Source of the DNA: Candidatus Sericytochromatia bacterium
GTDB lineage: Bacteria; Cyanobacteriota; Sericytochromatia; S15B-MN24; VGJW01
NCBI GenBank assembly: GCA_035285865.1
Contig: JAYKHS010000003.1
Span: 64,001 to 128,000 of the forward strand
Direction: 5' to 3'
Length of the DNA stretch: 64,000 nucleotides
Part shown: one piece after another, positions 8,584 to 18,809 of the stretch
How positions within the stretch are numbered: position 1 is the first letter of the stretch
Layout: each line of letters opens with the position of its first letter
Notes under the pieces: generated by a model
What the model was told of the DNA's origin: nothing
Database searches by the model: none
The model's input: only the letters and a program-made list of their open reading frames with translations
Translations under genes and position numbers: made by a program

Positions 8584-11444
8584 CCGCGCCCCTGCCCGCG
8601 ACCCCGGGCGGCATCCTGCTGCTCGTCGATGGTCACGCGATGGCCTACAGGGCCCACTACGCCCTGATGCGCCAGGGCCTCCGGGCCAAGGACGGGACGC
8701 CCACTTGGGCGGTGTACGGCTTTGCCAGCATCCTGTTCTCGGCCATCGCGCGGCTGAAGCCCACCGGAGTGGCTGTCGCTTTCGACCTGCCGGAACCGAC
8801 CTTCCGCCACGAGGCCTTCGCGGCCTACAAGGCCAACCGCAAGCCGATGCCGGACGAGCTGGTGCCTCAGATCGATCTGATGCGCGAACTGGTGGTGGCC
8901 CTCGGCATGCCGCTGCATGAGCGGCCGGGCTACGAAGCTGACGATGTGCTCGGGACGATTGCCACTCGGGCCGCTGAGGAAGGCTGGCAGGTCCGCATCC
9001 TGACGGGCGACCGCGACACCTTCCAACTGGTCGACGACCGGATCCATGTCGTCATGCCGGGCAAGGGTGTTGGCGACCTCGACTTCTTCGACGCCCAGGG
9101 CGTCACCGAACGCATGGGCCTGCCGCCGGACCGCATCGTCGACTACAAGGGACTTGCCGGCGACACGTCGGACAACATCCCCGGCGTACCGGGCGTGGGC
9201 GAGAAGACTGCCGTCGATCTGCTCCGGTCCTTCGGCAGCTTCGACGCAATCTTCGCCGGACTCGCCGGCATCGCCAAGCCGAAGCTTCGCCAGAACCTCG
9301 AGGAGCATCAGGAGCTGGCCCGCATCTCCCGGCAATTGGCCACCATCGACGTGAACGTGCCCCTCGAGGACCTCGACTGGCATCGCTGCAAGCTCGAGGT
9401 CCCGGACCTCGACACGCTGACCCGATTTCTGGAGCGGCTGGACTTCAAGGGCCTGCTGCGCAACCTGCCCCGACTGCTGGGGGACTTCATGCCCGGTTTG
9501 CCGGGCACTTCGGGAGCAACAGAACCATCCGCAGCCATGCATGCGGGCCCTGCCGGTGGATCGCCGACGGGCCAGGGCGCCCTCTTCGCCGATGCGCCGA
9601 GCTCGCCCGCGACGATGCCGGAAACCCTCCTCGAGCCGACACCGGTCGTACCCGTCGATCGCGAAGCGCTTCAGGCCCTTCGAGATGCCCTCGAAGCCGC
9701 GTCCGGTCCGATCGCCTTCGACACGGAAACCGATGGCCTCTTCCCCCTGCGCTGCCAACTGGTGGGCCTGTCCCTCGCCTGGGGCGACGGCGCACCGGAG
9801 TACTGCCCTACGGCTTACATCCCGATCGGCCACGCCGAGGGCCCGAATGCCCCGCTCGCCCTGGTGCGCGAGATCCTCGGGCCCGTGCTGGCCTCGGATC
9901 GCCCAAAGGTGGCCCACAATGCCAAGTTCGACCTGCACGTGCTCGATCGGGCCGGTCTGCCGGTCGCGGGGCTCGTCGAGGACAGCATGCTGGCCGCGTT
10001 CATGGCCGAGGGTGGTCAGGGCCGCGTCGGCCTCAAGGACCTGACGCGCCGGGTGCTGGGCCTCGGGATGACCCCCATCGAGGAACTCATCGGCACCGGC
10101 CGAAAGCAGATCACGATGGATCGAGTCCCCGCAGACAAGGCCTCCCGCTATGCCGCCGCCGACGCGGCGGCTACCCTGGCGCTCCACCACGGCTACCGGG
10201 ATCGTCTTGTCGAGGCCCGCCAGGACAGGCTGTACCACGACCTGGAGTTGCCCCTGCTGCAAGTCCTCGCGCGCATGGAGCGTCGAGGCGTCCGCCTGGA
10301 TCGCGAGCGCCTGGCGACGATCAGCGACCGGCTCGGTGCGCGCATCGTTGCCCTGGAGGCCGAGGCCCACGGCCTGATGGGACGCCCTTTCAACCTCGCC
10401 AGTCCGCGCCAGATCGAGACGATTCTCTTCGACGACCTGGGCTTGCCGGCCCCCCGGCGCACCAAGACCGGGCGCTCCACGGAGGCAGCCGTGCTCGAGG
10501 AGCTGCAGGACGCCCACCCGCTCGTCCGCCTGTTGCTGGAGCACCGCCAGCTCAGCAAGCTCAAGGGCACCTACCTCGACGCCCTGCCGGACTACGTCCA
10601 TCCCGACACGGGCTGCTTGCACACGTCCTACAACCAGCACGTTGCCGCCACCGGTCGGCTGTCCTCGGACAATCCCAACTTGCAGAACATCCCGGTGCGC
10701 GGGGAACTGGGCCGCGCCATCCGCGGCGCGTTTCTGCCCCGGGATCCGGCCAACCTGATGGTCTCGGCCGACTACTCCCAGATCGAGCTGCGTCTGCTCG
10801 CGCACATCTCGCGCGACGAGGCCTTCCTCGAGGCTTTCGCCCGCGGCCTCGACATCCATACCGCGACGGCTTCCGAGATCTTCGGCGTGGCCCCGGAAGC
10901 CGTCGATGCGGACATGCGCCGTCGTGCCAAAGCCGTGAACTTCGGTGTGGTCTACGGGCAAACGGCCTTCGGCCTGGCCCGTCAACTGGCCATCCCCCAG
11001 AAAGAAGCCAAAGCCTTCATCGATGCCTACCGTGCCCGATACCCGGGCATCCAGCGCTACATGGTGGAGACCATTGCCCGAGCCCACCAGAACGGCTGGG
11101 TCGAAACGCTGATGGGCCGTCGGCGAATCCTGCCCGGTCTGCGATCTTCCATGCGCCAGGAAAGGGATCTGGCCGAACGGGCCGCCATCAATGCGCCCAT
11201 TCAGGGCACGGCGGCCGACCTCATCAAGGTGGCCATGCTGCGCGTCGATGCGGCGCTCGTGCGCGAGGGCCTGCAAGCGCGCATGGTCCTGCAGGTGCAC
11301 GACGAACTGGTCCTCGAGGTGCCCCCGGCGGAGCAGAAAGGCGTCGAAGCCTTGCTGGTACGGGAGATGACCGGTGCCATGCAGCTTTCCGTGCCTCTCG
11401 AGGTCTCGGTGCACGCTGGCCCGGACTGGGGATCGGCCAAGTAG
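8580..11444 (+). CDS. polA: DNA polymerase I (5'-3' exonuclease, intact 3'-5' exonuclease, polymerase)
   Basis: LLVDGHAMAYRA, GDTSDNIPGV, FDTET/HNAKFD/YAAAD, ADYSQIELR, AKAVNFG and LQVHDEL. Confidence 0.98.
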   Translation: MTAPLPATPGGILLLVDGHAMAYRAHYALMRQGLRAKDGTPTWAVYGFASILFSAIARLKPTGVAVAFDLPEPTFRHEAFAAYKANRKPMPDELVPQIDLMRELVVALGMPLHERPGYEADDVLGTIATRAAEEGWQVRILTGDRDTFQLVDDRIHVVMPGKGVGDLDFFDAQGVTERMGLPPDRIVDYKGLAGDTSDNIPGVPGVGEKTAVDLLRSFGSFDAIFAGLAGIAKPKLRQNLEEHQELARISRQLATIDVNVPLEDLDWHRCKLEVPDLDTLTRFLERLDFKGLLRNLPRLLGDFMPGLPGTSGATEPSAAMHAGPAGGSPTGQGALFADAPSSPATMPETLLEPTPVVPVDREALQALRDALEAASGPIAFDTETDGLFPLRCQLVGLSLAWGDGAPEYCPTAYIPIGHAEGPNAPLALVREILGPVLASDRPKVAHNAKFDLHVLDRAGLPVAGLVEDSMLAAFMAEGGQGRVGLKDLTRRVLGLGMTPIEELIGTGRKQITMDRVPADKASRYAAADAAATLALHHGYRDRLVEARQDRLYHDLELPLLQVLARMERRGVRLDRERLATISDRLGARIVALEAEAHGLMGRPFNLASPRQIETILFDDLGLPAPRRTKTGRSTEAAVLEELQDAHPLVRLLLEHRQLSKLKGTYLDALPDYVHPDTGCLHTSYNQHVAATGRLSSDNPNLQNIPVRGELGRAIRGAFLPRDPANLMVSADYSQIELRLLAHISRDEAFLEAFARGLDIHTATASEIFGVAPEAVDADMRRRAKAVNFGVVYGQTAFGLARQLAIPQKEAKAFIDAYRARYPGIQRYMVETIARAHQNGWVETLMGRRRILPGLRSSMRQERDLAERAAINAPIQGTAADLIKVAMLRVDAALVREGLQARMVLQVHDELVLEVPPAEQKGVEALLVREMTGAMQLSVPLEVSVHAGPDWGSAK

Positions 11445-11480
11445 GCAGGCGGCAAGCCTGTCGCACGGCCACCGCCACCT

Positions 11481-13580
11481 TCAGAATCGAAAGGCCGACC
11501 CGGCTCTGAAGATCGGCACTAAGGCTCCGCCTGCCGGCATGGTCCAGACCGGCACGAACACCCCGAGGATGCTCGGGAAACCCAGGCCAGGCAAGCCCAG
11601 CACGACGCCGAAACCGGCTTCCGTGAGCGTCCCGGCGGCGCCGCCGACTGCGAGCGGGCGGCCGTACCAAGCCTGGTTCAAGAAGGCCGTGCCGAGGGTC
11701 CACCCCTCGAAGGGCAAACCCGGAAGGTGCCAGGTGCCCCCGAGTGGAGTGACGCCTTCGGCCCCAAGCGTCGTCCCCCAACGAATCGCGCCCACAGGGT
11801 CCCATTGAGTAAGGCCCTCGTGGCCGAGGTCGAGCATCGAGCGTCCCTGATCGGGGGCGACGCCCGTCCATGCCCGCAGCGAGAGCCGCCGCCGCCACCC
11901 CAGATCCTGATGCCACACCAACTCGGCGTCGGCCAGAGAAGAATCAGGCTGTCCAGGCAAGCCCTCGGCCCCGGCCCGGAAGAGCAGGCCGCGAGGCCGA
12001 ACGCCCAGCACCGGCTCGGGCACCCAGGCCACACCTCCGTCCACCCGCGGCACGCCACGGACCACGCCCCGCTCGACCAGCGCCCGGATTCCGGGCCGAA
12101 TGTAGGGCACCAGGCCCTCCCCGGGCGGATGACCTCCCAGGAAGTTCATCCGGACATCGCCGATGAGCGTGTCGTTCCGAGATGCCCATGTCGCCGCCCA
12201 CGGATAGGCTCCGAGCCCGAAGAACCAGGGCTGCGGGCGGAAGACTCCGCCCACATCCGTGTGCCAGCCGACTGCCGGGGCCGACAGATGCGGGGGCCTG
12301 GCCTTGTGGCCATCCGGTGTCCCCCCCGTCAATTGGCGTTCGAGACGGATGGCCGCATCCGGTCCGACCTCGCGCGCCCGGATCAGCACACCCTCGGTCG
12401 TGGCCTCGCCACGCACCATGTCACCACGCACTCCCTCGAGCCAGCGCGCAAAGGCTTCGGCTGGCAGGGCCTGCCGGAAATCCTCAATCACGCGCGGCCC
12501 GCGCACGCCCCACAGACGCGGACGTGCCATCCGGTCCGCAGGTTCGAGGCGCGCCAGAGGGGCATCCTCCCCCATCGCCTCCTGATAGGCCACGCCATCG
12601 GCCTCTTCCTCGGCCAACCCTGTTGTCCAGGCCCGCAGGGGATCCAGCCACGCAAAAGCAGGCTCGAGCCACGCGCGCGCCACGCGTCCCCCGGGGCGCG
12701 TCTCGCGAAGCCAGCTCCCGGCCACCCAGTTGGGCATCACCTCGTCCAGCCACGGACTGCCCGGATCGCGCTGTCCCGGCGGGAACCACTGCCGCGCGAG
12801 CCCACGCATCAGGACGAACTCTAGGCCGGACAGACTGCCAAGCCCGCGAAACAGTTCCTCCTGCCTCAGCATGAGGTTCGGCAACACGACCAGGCCGGGC
12901 TCCACGACTTCACGTGCCACGGTCGTGACTCCACTCCAGGATAACGTCACGGCCCTGTCAGGTGGCGGGCCGAATCGCGACTCCAGCCATCGCACCATCG
13001 GCTCCGCACGGGTCAGAAGCGCCTCGGCACTGGCGCTCTCACCGGCAGGTGCCGCCACCCTCACGGTCACGCCCGCCACCTGTGACTCTCTCCAAAGCCC
13101 CCGAGGCCGGACCAGCCCCAGACCTCCACCGCCGTGGGCCCCGTCGATTCGCCACCGCCGCCTCGCTCCGGTCCCCGGCTCGGCCATGGCCGGCACTGCC
13201 GCCACGGGCTCGAGGGTCTCGGGCAGTTCCAGCAGCACGGAAACCGACTGACGCCAAGGGCCGGCCGATTCCCACGACGGATCGCCGGCGGAATCGGGCG
13301 CAACCGGGATCGGCAGGGCACCACCCAGCAAGAACGTGTCGCCCTCACGGCCGGGATTGGCGCTGCAGTCCTCGATCGGCAGCGAGAAGTTCCACACGCA
13401 ACCCGAGCCATCCGTTTGCACGGACCACGTGGCCGGCCGGGAGCCGGGCTCCCGTCGACAGGCCACGTCGTCTCCGTACCGGATCTCCGCAGCTTGTCGC
13501 AGGGACCAGCCGCGGTCGGACGAGGCTGGGTAGCCCATCGATGTCGGCCTGCTCGGCACGCGAATGGTACCGTGCAGCAC
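11481..13580 (-). CDS. M1 aminopeptidase-like protein with degenerate Zn site, fused to a beta-rich C-terminal region
   Basis: [22 protein letters not shown] (position of HExxHQWF) and PWLDE; the C-terminus is beta-strand-like and ends in Phe. The frame is open upstream to about 13676 (WQVEASLD...), so the true start is uncertain. Confidence 0.55.
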   Translation of the reverse strand: MLHGTIRVPSRPTSMGYPASSDRGWSLRQAAEIRYGDDVACRREPGSRPATWSVQTDGSGCVWNFSLPIEDCSANPGREGDTFLLGGALPIPVAPDSAGDPSWESAGPWRQSVSVLLELPETLEPVAAVPAMAEPGTGARRRWRIDGAHGGGGLGLVRPRGLWRESQVAGVTVRVAAPAGESASAEALLTRAEPMVRWLESRFGPPPDRAVTLSWSGVTTVAREVVEPGLVVLPNLMLRQEELFRGLGSLSGLEFVLMRGLARQWFPPGQRDPGSPWLDEVMPNWVAGSWLRETRPGGRVARAWLEPAFAWLDPLRAWTTGLAEEEADGVAYQEAMGEDAPLARLEPADRMARPRLWGVRGPRVIEDFRQALPAEAFARWLEGVRGDMVRGEATTEGVLIRAREVGPDAAIRLERQLTGGTPDGHKARPPHLSAPAVGWHTDVGGVFRPQPWFFGLGAYPWAATWASRNDTLIGDVRMNFLGGHPPGEGLVPYIRPGIRALVERGVVRGVPRVDGGVAWVPEPVLGVRPRGLLFRAGAEGLPGQPDSSLADAELVWHQDLGWRRRLSLRAWTGVAPDQGRSMLDLGHEGLTQWDPVGAIRWGTTLGAEGVTPLGGTWHLPGLPFEGWTLGTAFLNQAWYGRPLAVGGAAGTLTEAGFGVVLGLPGLGFPSILGVFVPVWTMPAGGALVPIFRAGSAFRF

Positions 13581-13672
13581 CCCGAGGTCTGCGTCGAGGC
13601 TGGCCTCGACTTGCCAGGAAGACGAGGCTGCGGGTTCCGGACCCGCAGAGACGGCCGGGAAATTCAGGCCGA

Positions 13673-14377
13673 TCAGTCCCGCACGACGCCGCCGACGCTG
13701 CCGCCGCCGGTCCCGCCCCCGGCAGTGCCATCGCCGTTGAGCAACGACCGGGAATCGACGCCTCCGGAAAGAAACTGCAAGTTACCCTGCTCGCCCGTCA
13801 CGCCGACGATGTAACCCGACACCTCGACCGGGGTCTGGATGGCCATGTCCATCATCACGACGCTCTGACCGCGTGCCACCCGAGCATACTGCATCATCCC
13901 GACGTAACCTTCGTCATTCGGATTCGGCGTCATGATGGGCGTCGGCTCGCTGTCATAGCGCCCGGACGGCAGATCCCGCCGACTGACCGGAAACGTCGCC
14001 GGGCCACCGCGCCCATCGATGCCCTGGCAGATGGAATCATTGTCGCTGAAGCCCGAGATGACGGCATTGGTGACCTCACGCCGGTCGAGCCCGGTGGAGA
14101 TGCTGCCGCCCCATGGACTGGCACCGGCATCGAAGCGCTTCTGGAGCCAGGTGACCGAGAGTGCGAGGATGTCGGGGTAGGCTCGGGCATTGACCGTCGC
14201 CAACTCCTCGACCACGGCCTGGAGGGCGACGACCTTCTGCTTGGCCTTGGCCGTACCCGCGCTGGACTTGGCCACCTGATAGACATAGGTGGCGCTGGCC
14301 AGCAGGACAACGCCGACGACCGTGACGAGGATCGTCTCGACCAGCGTGAATGCGGGGGCAGCGGTAACGCGACGCAT
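13673..14377 (-). CDS. Type IV pilin/pseudopilin-like protein
   Basis: [14 protein letters not shown] class III signal followed by a hydrophobic helix; start ATG 14377. Confidence 0.8.
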   Translation of the reverse strand: MRRVTAAPAFTLVETILVTVVGVVLLASATYVYQVAKSSAGTAKAKQKVVALQAVVEELATVNARAYPDILALSVTWLQKRFDAGASPWGGSISTGLDRREVTNAVISGFSDNDSICQGIDGRGGPATFPVSRRDLPSGRYDSEPTPIMTPNPNDEGYVGMMQYARVARGQSVVMMDMAIQTPVEVSGYIVGVTGEQGNLQFLSGGVDSRSLLNGDGTAGGGTGGGSVGGVVRD

Positions 14378-14433
14378 GGAACCTCCGGGGGGACGAACCC
14401 GTTGTACCCTGCCACGGGCATGCGGCAACCAAA

Positions 14434-14481
14434 CTTGGCACTAATGTCATTTGACAAGCCGACACTAAATCATGTTAGCTT
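14434..14481 (+). promoter_or_regulatory. Sigma70-type promoter of hspR-clpC with overlapping inverted repeats
   Basis: TTGACA at 14451-14456; TGn-TAGCTT with the -10 at 14476-14481; TGTCA-TT-TGACA dyad at 14445-14456. Confidence 0.55.
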
Positions 14482-14545
14482 GGACCAGACAGGATGCACG
14501 GCGAACGGGGCAACTGCTTGCGCCTCGTGCCGGCAGGAGGTGGCG

Positions 14546-14950
14546 ATGCTCGACCCCGGTGCCAAGGACCGGCCGCTGTACATCATCAGCGTGGCGGCGG
14601 AACTCGTGAACATGCATCCCCAGACCCTCCGCCTCTACGAGCGCCGCGGACTGGTCCAACCCAAGCGGCAGGGCAAGAACCGGCTCTACAGCCAGCGGGA
14701 CATCGAGCGCCTCGTCTATATCCAGAACCTGACGCAGGAACTGGGCATCAACCTGGCCGGCGTCGAGCGCATCATCCGTCTCCAGAACGAACTGGACCAG
14801 ATGAAAGCGCTCAAGGAAGCCGAATTGCGCGACATTCAGGACCGCCTCACCCAGCTGGAGGCCATGAAGCGGGTGCGGCAAGGCGAGATTGCGGACTTGC
14901 AGGCCCGTCTCCACGGTGCTCTGGAAGAAGGTTCCGAGGCGGAGGGATAG
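14546..14950 (+). CDS. hspR: MerR-family heat-shock repressor HspR
   Basis: [36 protein letters not shown] and GINLAGV; GGAGG RBS before ATG 14546; C-terminal coiled coil. Confidence 0.88.
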   Translation: MLDPGAKDRPLYIISVAAELVNMHPQTLRLYERRGLVQPKRQGKNRLYSQRDIERLVYIQNLTQELGINLAGVERIIRLQNELDQMKALKEAELRDIQDRLTQLEAMKRVRQGEIADLQARLHGALEEGSEAEG

Positions 14951-15017
14951 GCTTTCGGGGTGCGTGGTAGGATGCCCCTCGGGCCCACCGGGCTCGCTTC
15001 GATGACGAGGTGCCAAG

Positions 15018-17480
15018 ATGTTCGAACGCTTCACCGAGAAGGCGATCAAGGTCATCATGCTTGCCCAGGAGGAGGCCCGTCGGTTGGGCCACAACTTCGT
15101 GGGCACGGAGCAGATCCTCCTGGGTCTGATCGGGGAGGGCACCGGGGTCGCGGCCAAGACGCTCAAGAGCATGGGCGTCTCCTTGAAGGACGCCCGCATC
15201 GAGGTCGAGAAGATCATCGGCCGCGGATCGGGCTTCGTGGCCGTCGAAATCCCCTTCACTCCCCGTGCCAAGCGCGTGCTCGAACTGTCGTGGGATGAAG
15301 CCCGGCAACTCGGCCACAACTACATCGGCACGGAGCACCTGCTGCTCGGCTTGATCCGCGAGGGCGAGGGCGTGGCCGTCCGGGTGCTCGAGAATCTGGG
15401 AGTCGACCTCTCTCGTGTGCGCAGCAATGTCATCCGGCTGCTGGGCGAGTCCGGTGCGCCGGCAACCCAGGGTCAGCAGCGCTCCAAGACTCCGACACTC
15501 GACGAGTTCGGCGCGAACCTGACGCACATGGCCGAGGAGCATCGTCTCGATCCCGTGGTGGGCCGAGAGAAAGAAATCGAGCGTGTCATCCAGATCCTGG
15601 GCCGACGCTCTAAAAACAACCCGGTCCTGATCGGCGAACCCGGCGTGGGCAAGACAGCCATCGCCGAAGGTCTGGCCCTGCGCATCTCCAGTGGCGAAGT
15701 CCCCGACATCCTGTCCGAGAAGCGGGTGGTGACGCTCGACATCGGCAGTCTGGTCGCCGGAACGAAGTACCGGGGCGAGTTCGAGGAGCGCCTCAAGAAA
15801 ATCATGGAGGAGATCCGGGGAGCCGGAAACATCATCCTCGTCATCGACGAGCTGCACACCCTGATTGGGGCGGGTGCCGCCGAGGGCGCCGTCGATGCCG
15901 CCAACATCCTCAAGCCCGCCTTGGCGCGTGGCGAGCTGCAGTGCATCGGTGCGACGACGCTGGACGAGTACCGCAAGCACATCGAGCGAGATGCCGCGCT
16001 CGAAAGGCGCTTCCAGCCGGTCATGGTGGGCGAGCCGAGTGTGGATGAGACCATCGAGATCCTTCGCGGCCTGCGCGAGCGCTACGAGAGCCATCACAGG
16101 CTCACGATCTCGGATGAGGCCCTCGTGGCCTCGGCCAAGCTGGCCGACCGCTACATTTCCGACCGCTACTTGCCGGACAAGGCCATCGACCTGATGGACG
16201 AGGCGGCCTCGCGGGTCCGCCTGCGCTCGAGCAGCCTTCCCCCCAAGGCCAAGGAACTGGAGAAGGAGCTGCGTCAGTACACCAAGGAAAAAGAGCAGCA
16301 CATCCGCAACCAGGAGTTCGAGAAGGCCAGCCAGGTTCGCGATCAGGAGCAGGCACTGCGCGAGCGCATCAAGGAGATGGCGGCCGAGTGGCGCCAGGAG
16401 CGTGGCGACGTGGCAGCGCCCGTCGTCGACGAGGAGGAAATCGCAGCCATCGTGGCCTCGTGGACGGGCATTCCCGTCTCGAAGATCACCGAGGGCGAGA
16501 CCGAGAAGCTCCTGAAGATGGAAGAGGTCATGCACGAACGGGTCATCGGCCAGCACGAGGCCATCGAGATGATCTGCAAGGCCGTCCGGCGCGCGCGCGT
16601 CGGCCTGAAGAACCCCAAGCGTCCGATCGGGTCGTTCATCTTCAGCGGCCCCACGGGCGTCGGCAAGACCGAAGTCGCCAAGGCGCTGTCCTCCTACTTC
16701 TTCGGGCAGGACGACGCCCTGATCCGCGTCGACATGTCCGAGTACATGGAGAAGCATGCCGTCTCCAAGATGATCGGCTCGCCTCCCGGCTACGTCGGCT
16801 ACAACGAAGGCGGCCAACTGACTGAGGCCGTCCGGCGCAAGCCCTACAGCGTGGTGCTCTTCGACGAAATCGAGAAGGCGCATCCCGACGCGTTCAACAT
16901 CCTGCTCCAGATTCTGGAGGATGGCCGCCTGACGGATGCCAAGGGCCGCACGGTGGATTTCAAGAACACCATCGTCATCCTGACGTCCAACATCGGGGCG
17001 CGGGCCATCGAGAAGGGTTCCTCGCTGGGCTTCCAGACCGGCGGCGCCGACCAGCGCTACGGCAAGATGAAGGACCTGGTGATGGACGAACTCAAGCAGG
17101 CCTTCCGGCCCGAGTTCCTCAACCGCATCGACGAAATCATCGTGTTCCACCCGCTGACGAAGCCCGAAGTGGCCCAGATCGCGGATGTGATGATGAAGGA
17201 GGTCTACGCCCGGATGAAGGAGAACGAGTTCACGCTCGAGATCAATTCCGAGGTCAAGGACAAGCTCGTCGACGAAGGCTACAACCCGTCCTACGGGGCT
17301 CGCCCCCTGCGTCGCGCCATCCAGAGACTTGTCGAGGACCCTCTGGCCGAGGACATCCTCTCCGGTGCCGTGCGCAAGGAAGGTGTCGTCGAGGCCTATC
17401 TCGACGAGGGCAAGGTCCGCTTCCGCAACCGCGAACTGGTGGCAGCCACGCCGCCTGCCAGCGAGGATTCGGCGGGCTGA
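15018..17480 (+). CDS. clpC: ATP-dependent Clp protease ATP-binding subunit ClpC
   Basis: [36 protein letters not shown]; two Walker A motifs ([16 protein letters not shown]); LGF ClpP-docking loop. Confidence 0.97.
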   Translation: MFERFTEKAIKVIMLAQEEARRLGHNFVGTEQILLGLIGEGTGVAAKTLKSMGVSLKDARIEVEKIIGRGSGFVAVEIPFTPRAKRVLELSWDEARQLGHNYIGTEHLLLGLIREGEGVAVRVLENLGVDLSRVRSNVIRLLGESGAPATQGQQRSKTPTLDEFGANLTHMAEEHRLDPVVGREKEIERVIQILGRRSKNNPVLIGEPGVGKTAIAEGLALRISSGEVPDILSEKRVVTLDIGSLVAGTKYRGEFEERLKKIMEEIRGAGNIILVIDELHTLIGAGAAEGAVDAANILKPALARGELQCIGATTLDEYRKHIERDAALERRFQPVMVGEPSVDETIEILRGLRERYESHHRLTISDEALVASAKLADRYISDRYLPDKAIDLMDEAASRVRLRSSSLPPKAKELEKELRQYTKEKEQHIRNQEFEKASQVRDQEQALRERIKEMAAEWRQERGDVAAPVVDEEEIAAIVASWTGIPVSKITEGETEKLLKMEEVMHERVIGQHEAIEMICKAVRRARVGLKNPKRPIGSFIFSGPTGVGKTEVAKALSSYFFGQDDALIRVDMSEYMEKHAVSKMIGSPPGYVGYNEGGQLTEAVRRKPYSVVLFDEIEKAHPDAFNILLQILEDGRLTDAKGRTVDFKNTIVILTSNIGARAIEKGSSLGFQTGGADQRYGKMKDLVMDELKQAFRPEFLNRIDEIIVFHPLTKPEVAQIADVMMKEVYARMKENEFTLEINSEVKDKLVDEGYNPSYGARPLRRAIQRLVEDPLAEDILSGAVRKEGVVEAYLDEGKVRFRNRELVAATPPASEDSAG

Positions 17481-17508
17481 CCGAACGGGTCGACTGGCGA
17501 AGGTCGGC

Positions 17509-17550
17509 AAGACGCGGGTGAACCCTTTCCGGGTTCACCCGCGTCTTTCT
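17509..17550. terminator. Intrinsic terminator between the convergent clpC and RNA methyltransferase genes
   Basis: 17-bp stem AAGACGCGGGTGAACCC / GGGTTCACCCGCGTCTT with a 5-nt loop and a short pyrimidine tail. Confidence 0.85.
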
Positions 17551-17591
17551 GCCGCGCCCGTGCGTCAGCCGAGGCCGCCCGACGGCTCGAC

Positions 17592-18368
17592 TCAGCGCCT
17601 GCGGCGCGTGGTCTCGAAGAGACAGACAGCAGCCGCGGCTGCGGCATTGAGCGACTCGGCCCGACCGGTCATGGGGATGTGCACCCGCAGGTCGGCCGCT
17701 TCGAGGGCCTCAGCCGACAAGCCCGTACCCTCCCGCCCGATCCACCAGCAGACCGGACCGTCAAGGTCGGCGTCCCAGAGCGGCTGCGCACGCTCGAGGG
17801 TGGTCGCGACCCACCTCATCCCCGCGGCACGCGTCGCTGCACAGCAGGCCAGCATGTCCGGCACACGGACCATCCGGACGTGGAAAACCGAACCCATGCT
17901 GGCCCGGACCACCTTGGGCTGGAAAGGGTCCGCACAGCCCGGCCCCAGCACGACCGTGGTCACGCCTGCTGCATCCGCCGTCCGCAGCAGAGCGCCGACG
18001 TTGCCCGGATCCTGCAAGCCATCGAGCGCCAGCCACACGGCGTCGGGCTCGACCCGCGGCAATGGCTCCGCCCGGGGCAGCTCCACGACAGCCAGAAGAC
18101 CTTCTGGATGCTCCAGAGCGCTCATCACCCCGAAGACGTGGGGCGCGACGACGGTGACCCGGTCCTGCCACTCCTCCGGGACCAGGGCCAGGCGCTCCTC
18201 GAGGACGTAGACCTCACGCACGCCCCACCCACGTGCCCGCAGCACCTCCACCAGACGGGTCCCCTCGACGAGAAAAGCCCCCTCCTCGCGTCGCCCCTTG
18301 GCCTCATGCAGGCGCCGCACGCGCTTGACGCGGGGATTCTGCACGCTCGTCAACACCGACCCATTCAC
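17592..18368 (-). CDS. TrmH/SpoU family RNA methyltransferase
   Basis: QDPGNVGALLRTADAAG, IGREGTGLS and IPMTGRAESLNAA. Confidence 0.95.
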   Translation of the reverse strand: MNGSVLTSVQNPRVKRVRRLHEAKGRREEGAFLVEGTRLVEVLRARGWGVREVYVLEERLALVPEEWQDRVTVVAPHVFGVMSALEHPEGLLAVVELPRAEPLPRVEPDAVWLALDGLQDPGNVGALLRTADAAGVTTVVLGPGCADPFQPKVVRASMGSVFHVRMVRVPDMLACCAATRAAGMRWVATTLERAQPLWDADLDGPVCWWIGREGTGLSAEALEAADLRVHIPMTGRAESLNAAAAAAVCLFETTRRRR

Positions 18369-18697
18369 CTCGTCATCGTAGCAGCACGCAGCGCCGACCG
18401 TGCCTCGGCCACGTCGCGGTGAACACGGGCCACCCTGGGCAGACCGAGCAGATCGGCCACACCCCGGACCTCCGGACGAAATCCGCAGAGCCAGAGGTCG
18501 CCCCCAGTCTCGCGAAAGGCACCCGACTCCGCGACCAGCACCCCGAAGCCCGCACTACCCACGAACGACACGCCGCCCAGATCCACGATCACATGGGTCT
18601 CGCCGGCATGCCGCAAGGCTTCCAGCGCCTCGGCCAGGCGTGCAGAGGCACCGGCATCGAGATCGCCCGCCCACTCCAGCACCGTCCCGATGTCCAT
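18365..18697 (-). CDS. STAS-domain anti-sigma factor antagonist
   Basis: GDLDAG, VIVDLGGVSFVGSAGFGVL (phospho-Ser loop); start ATG 18697. Confidence 0.85.
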   Translation of the reverse strand: MDIGTVLEWAGDLDAGASARLAEALEALRHAGETHVIVDLGGVSFVGSAGFGVLVAESGAFRETGGDLWLCGFRPEVRGVADLLGLPRVARVHRDVAEARSALRAATMTR

Positions 18698-18809
18698 GCC
18701 CCCATCGTGGCGCATCCTCCCGACGGAAGGCCAGAGGTAACGGTCCGATTTCACGGCGCGGACATCACGGCGCAGGGTCCTCGTCACGCCACCGGGGCTT
18801 CAGAGGATC

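Noticed and set aside
8319..11414. 1031-aa antisense ORF, and similar long ORFs at 4339-6204, 14847-17510, 32712-34253 and 46139-48517
   Set aside because: These are shadows of polA, glmS, clpC, glnS and ppc, expected at high GC, and have no recognisable motifs.
14434..14460. Canonical HAIR or full CIRCE operator
   Set aside because: The CTTG...CAAG spacing is 17 rather than 13 nt, and only the left CIRCE half resembles consensus.
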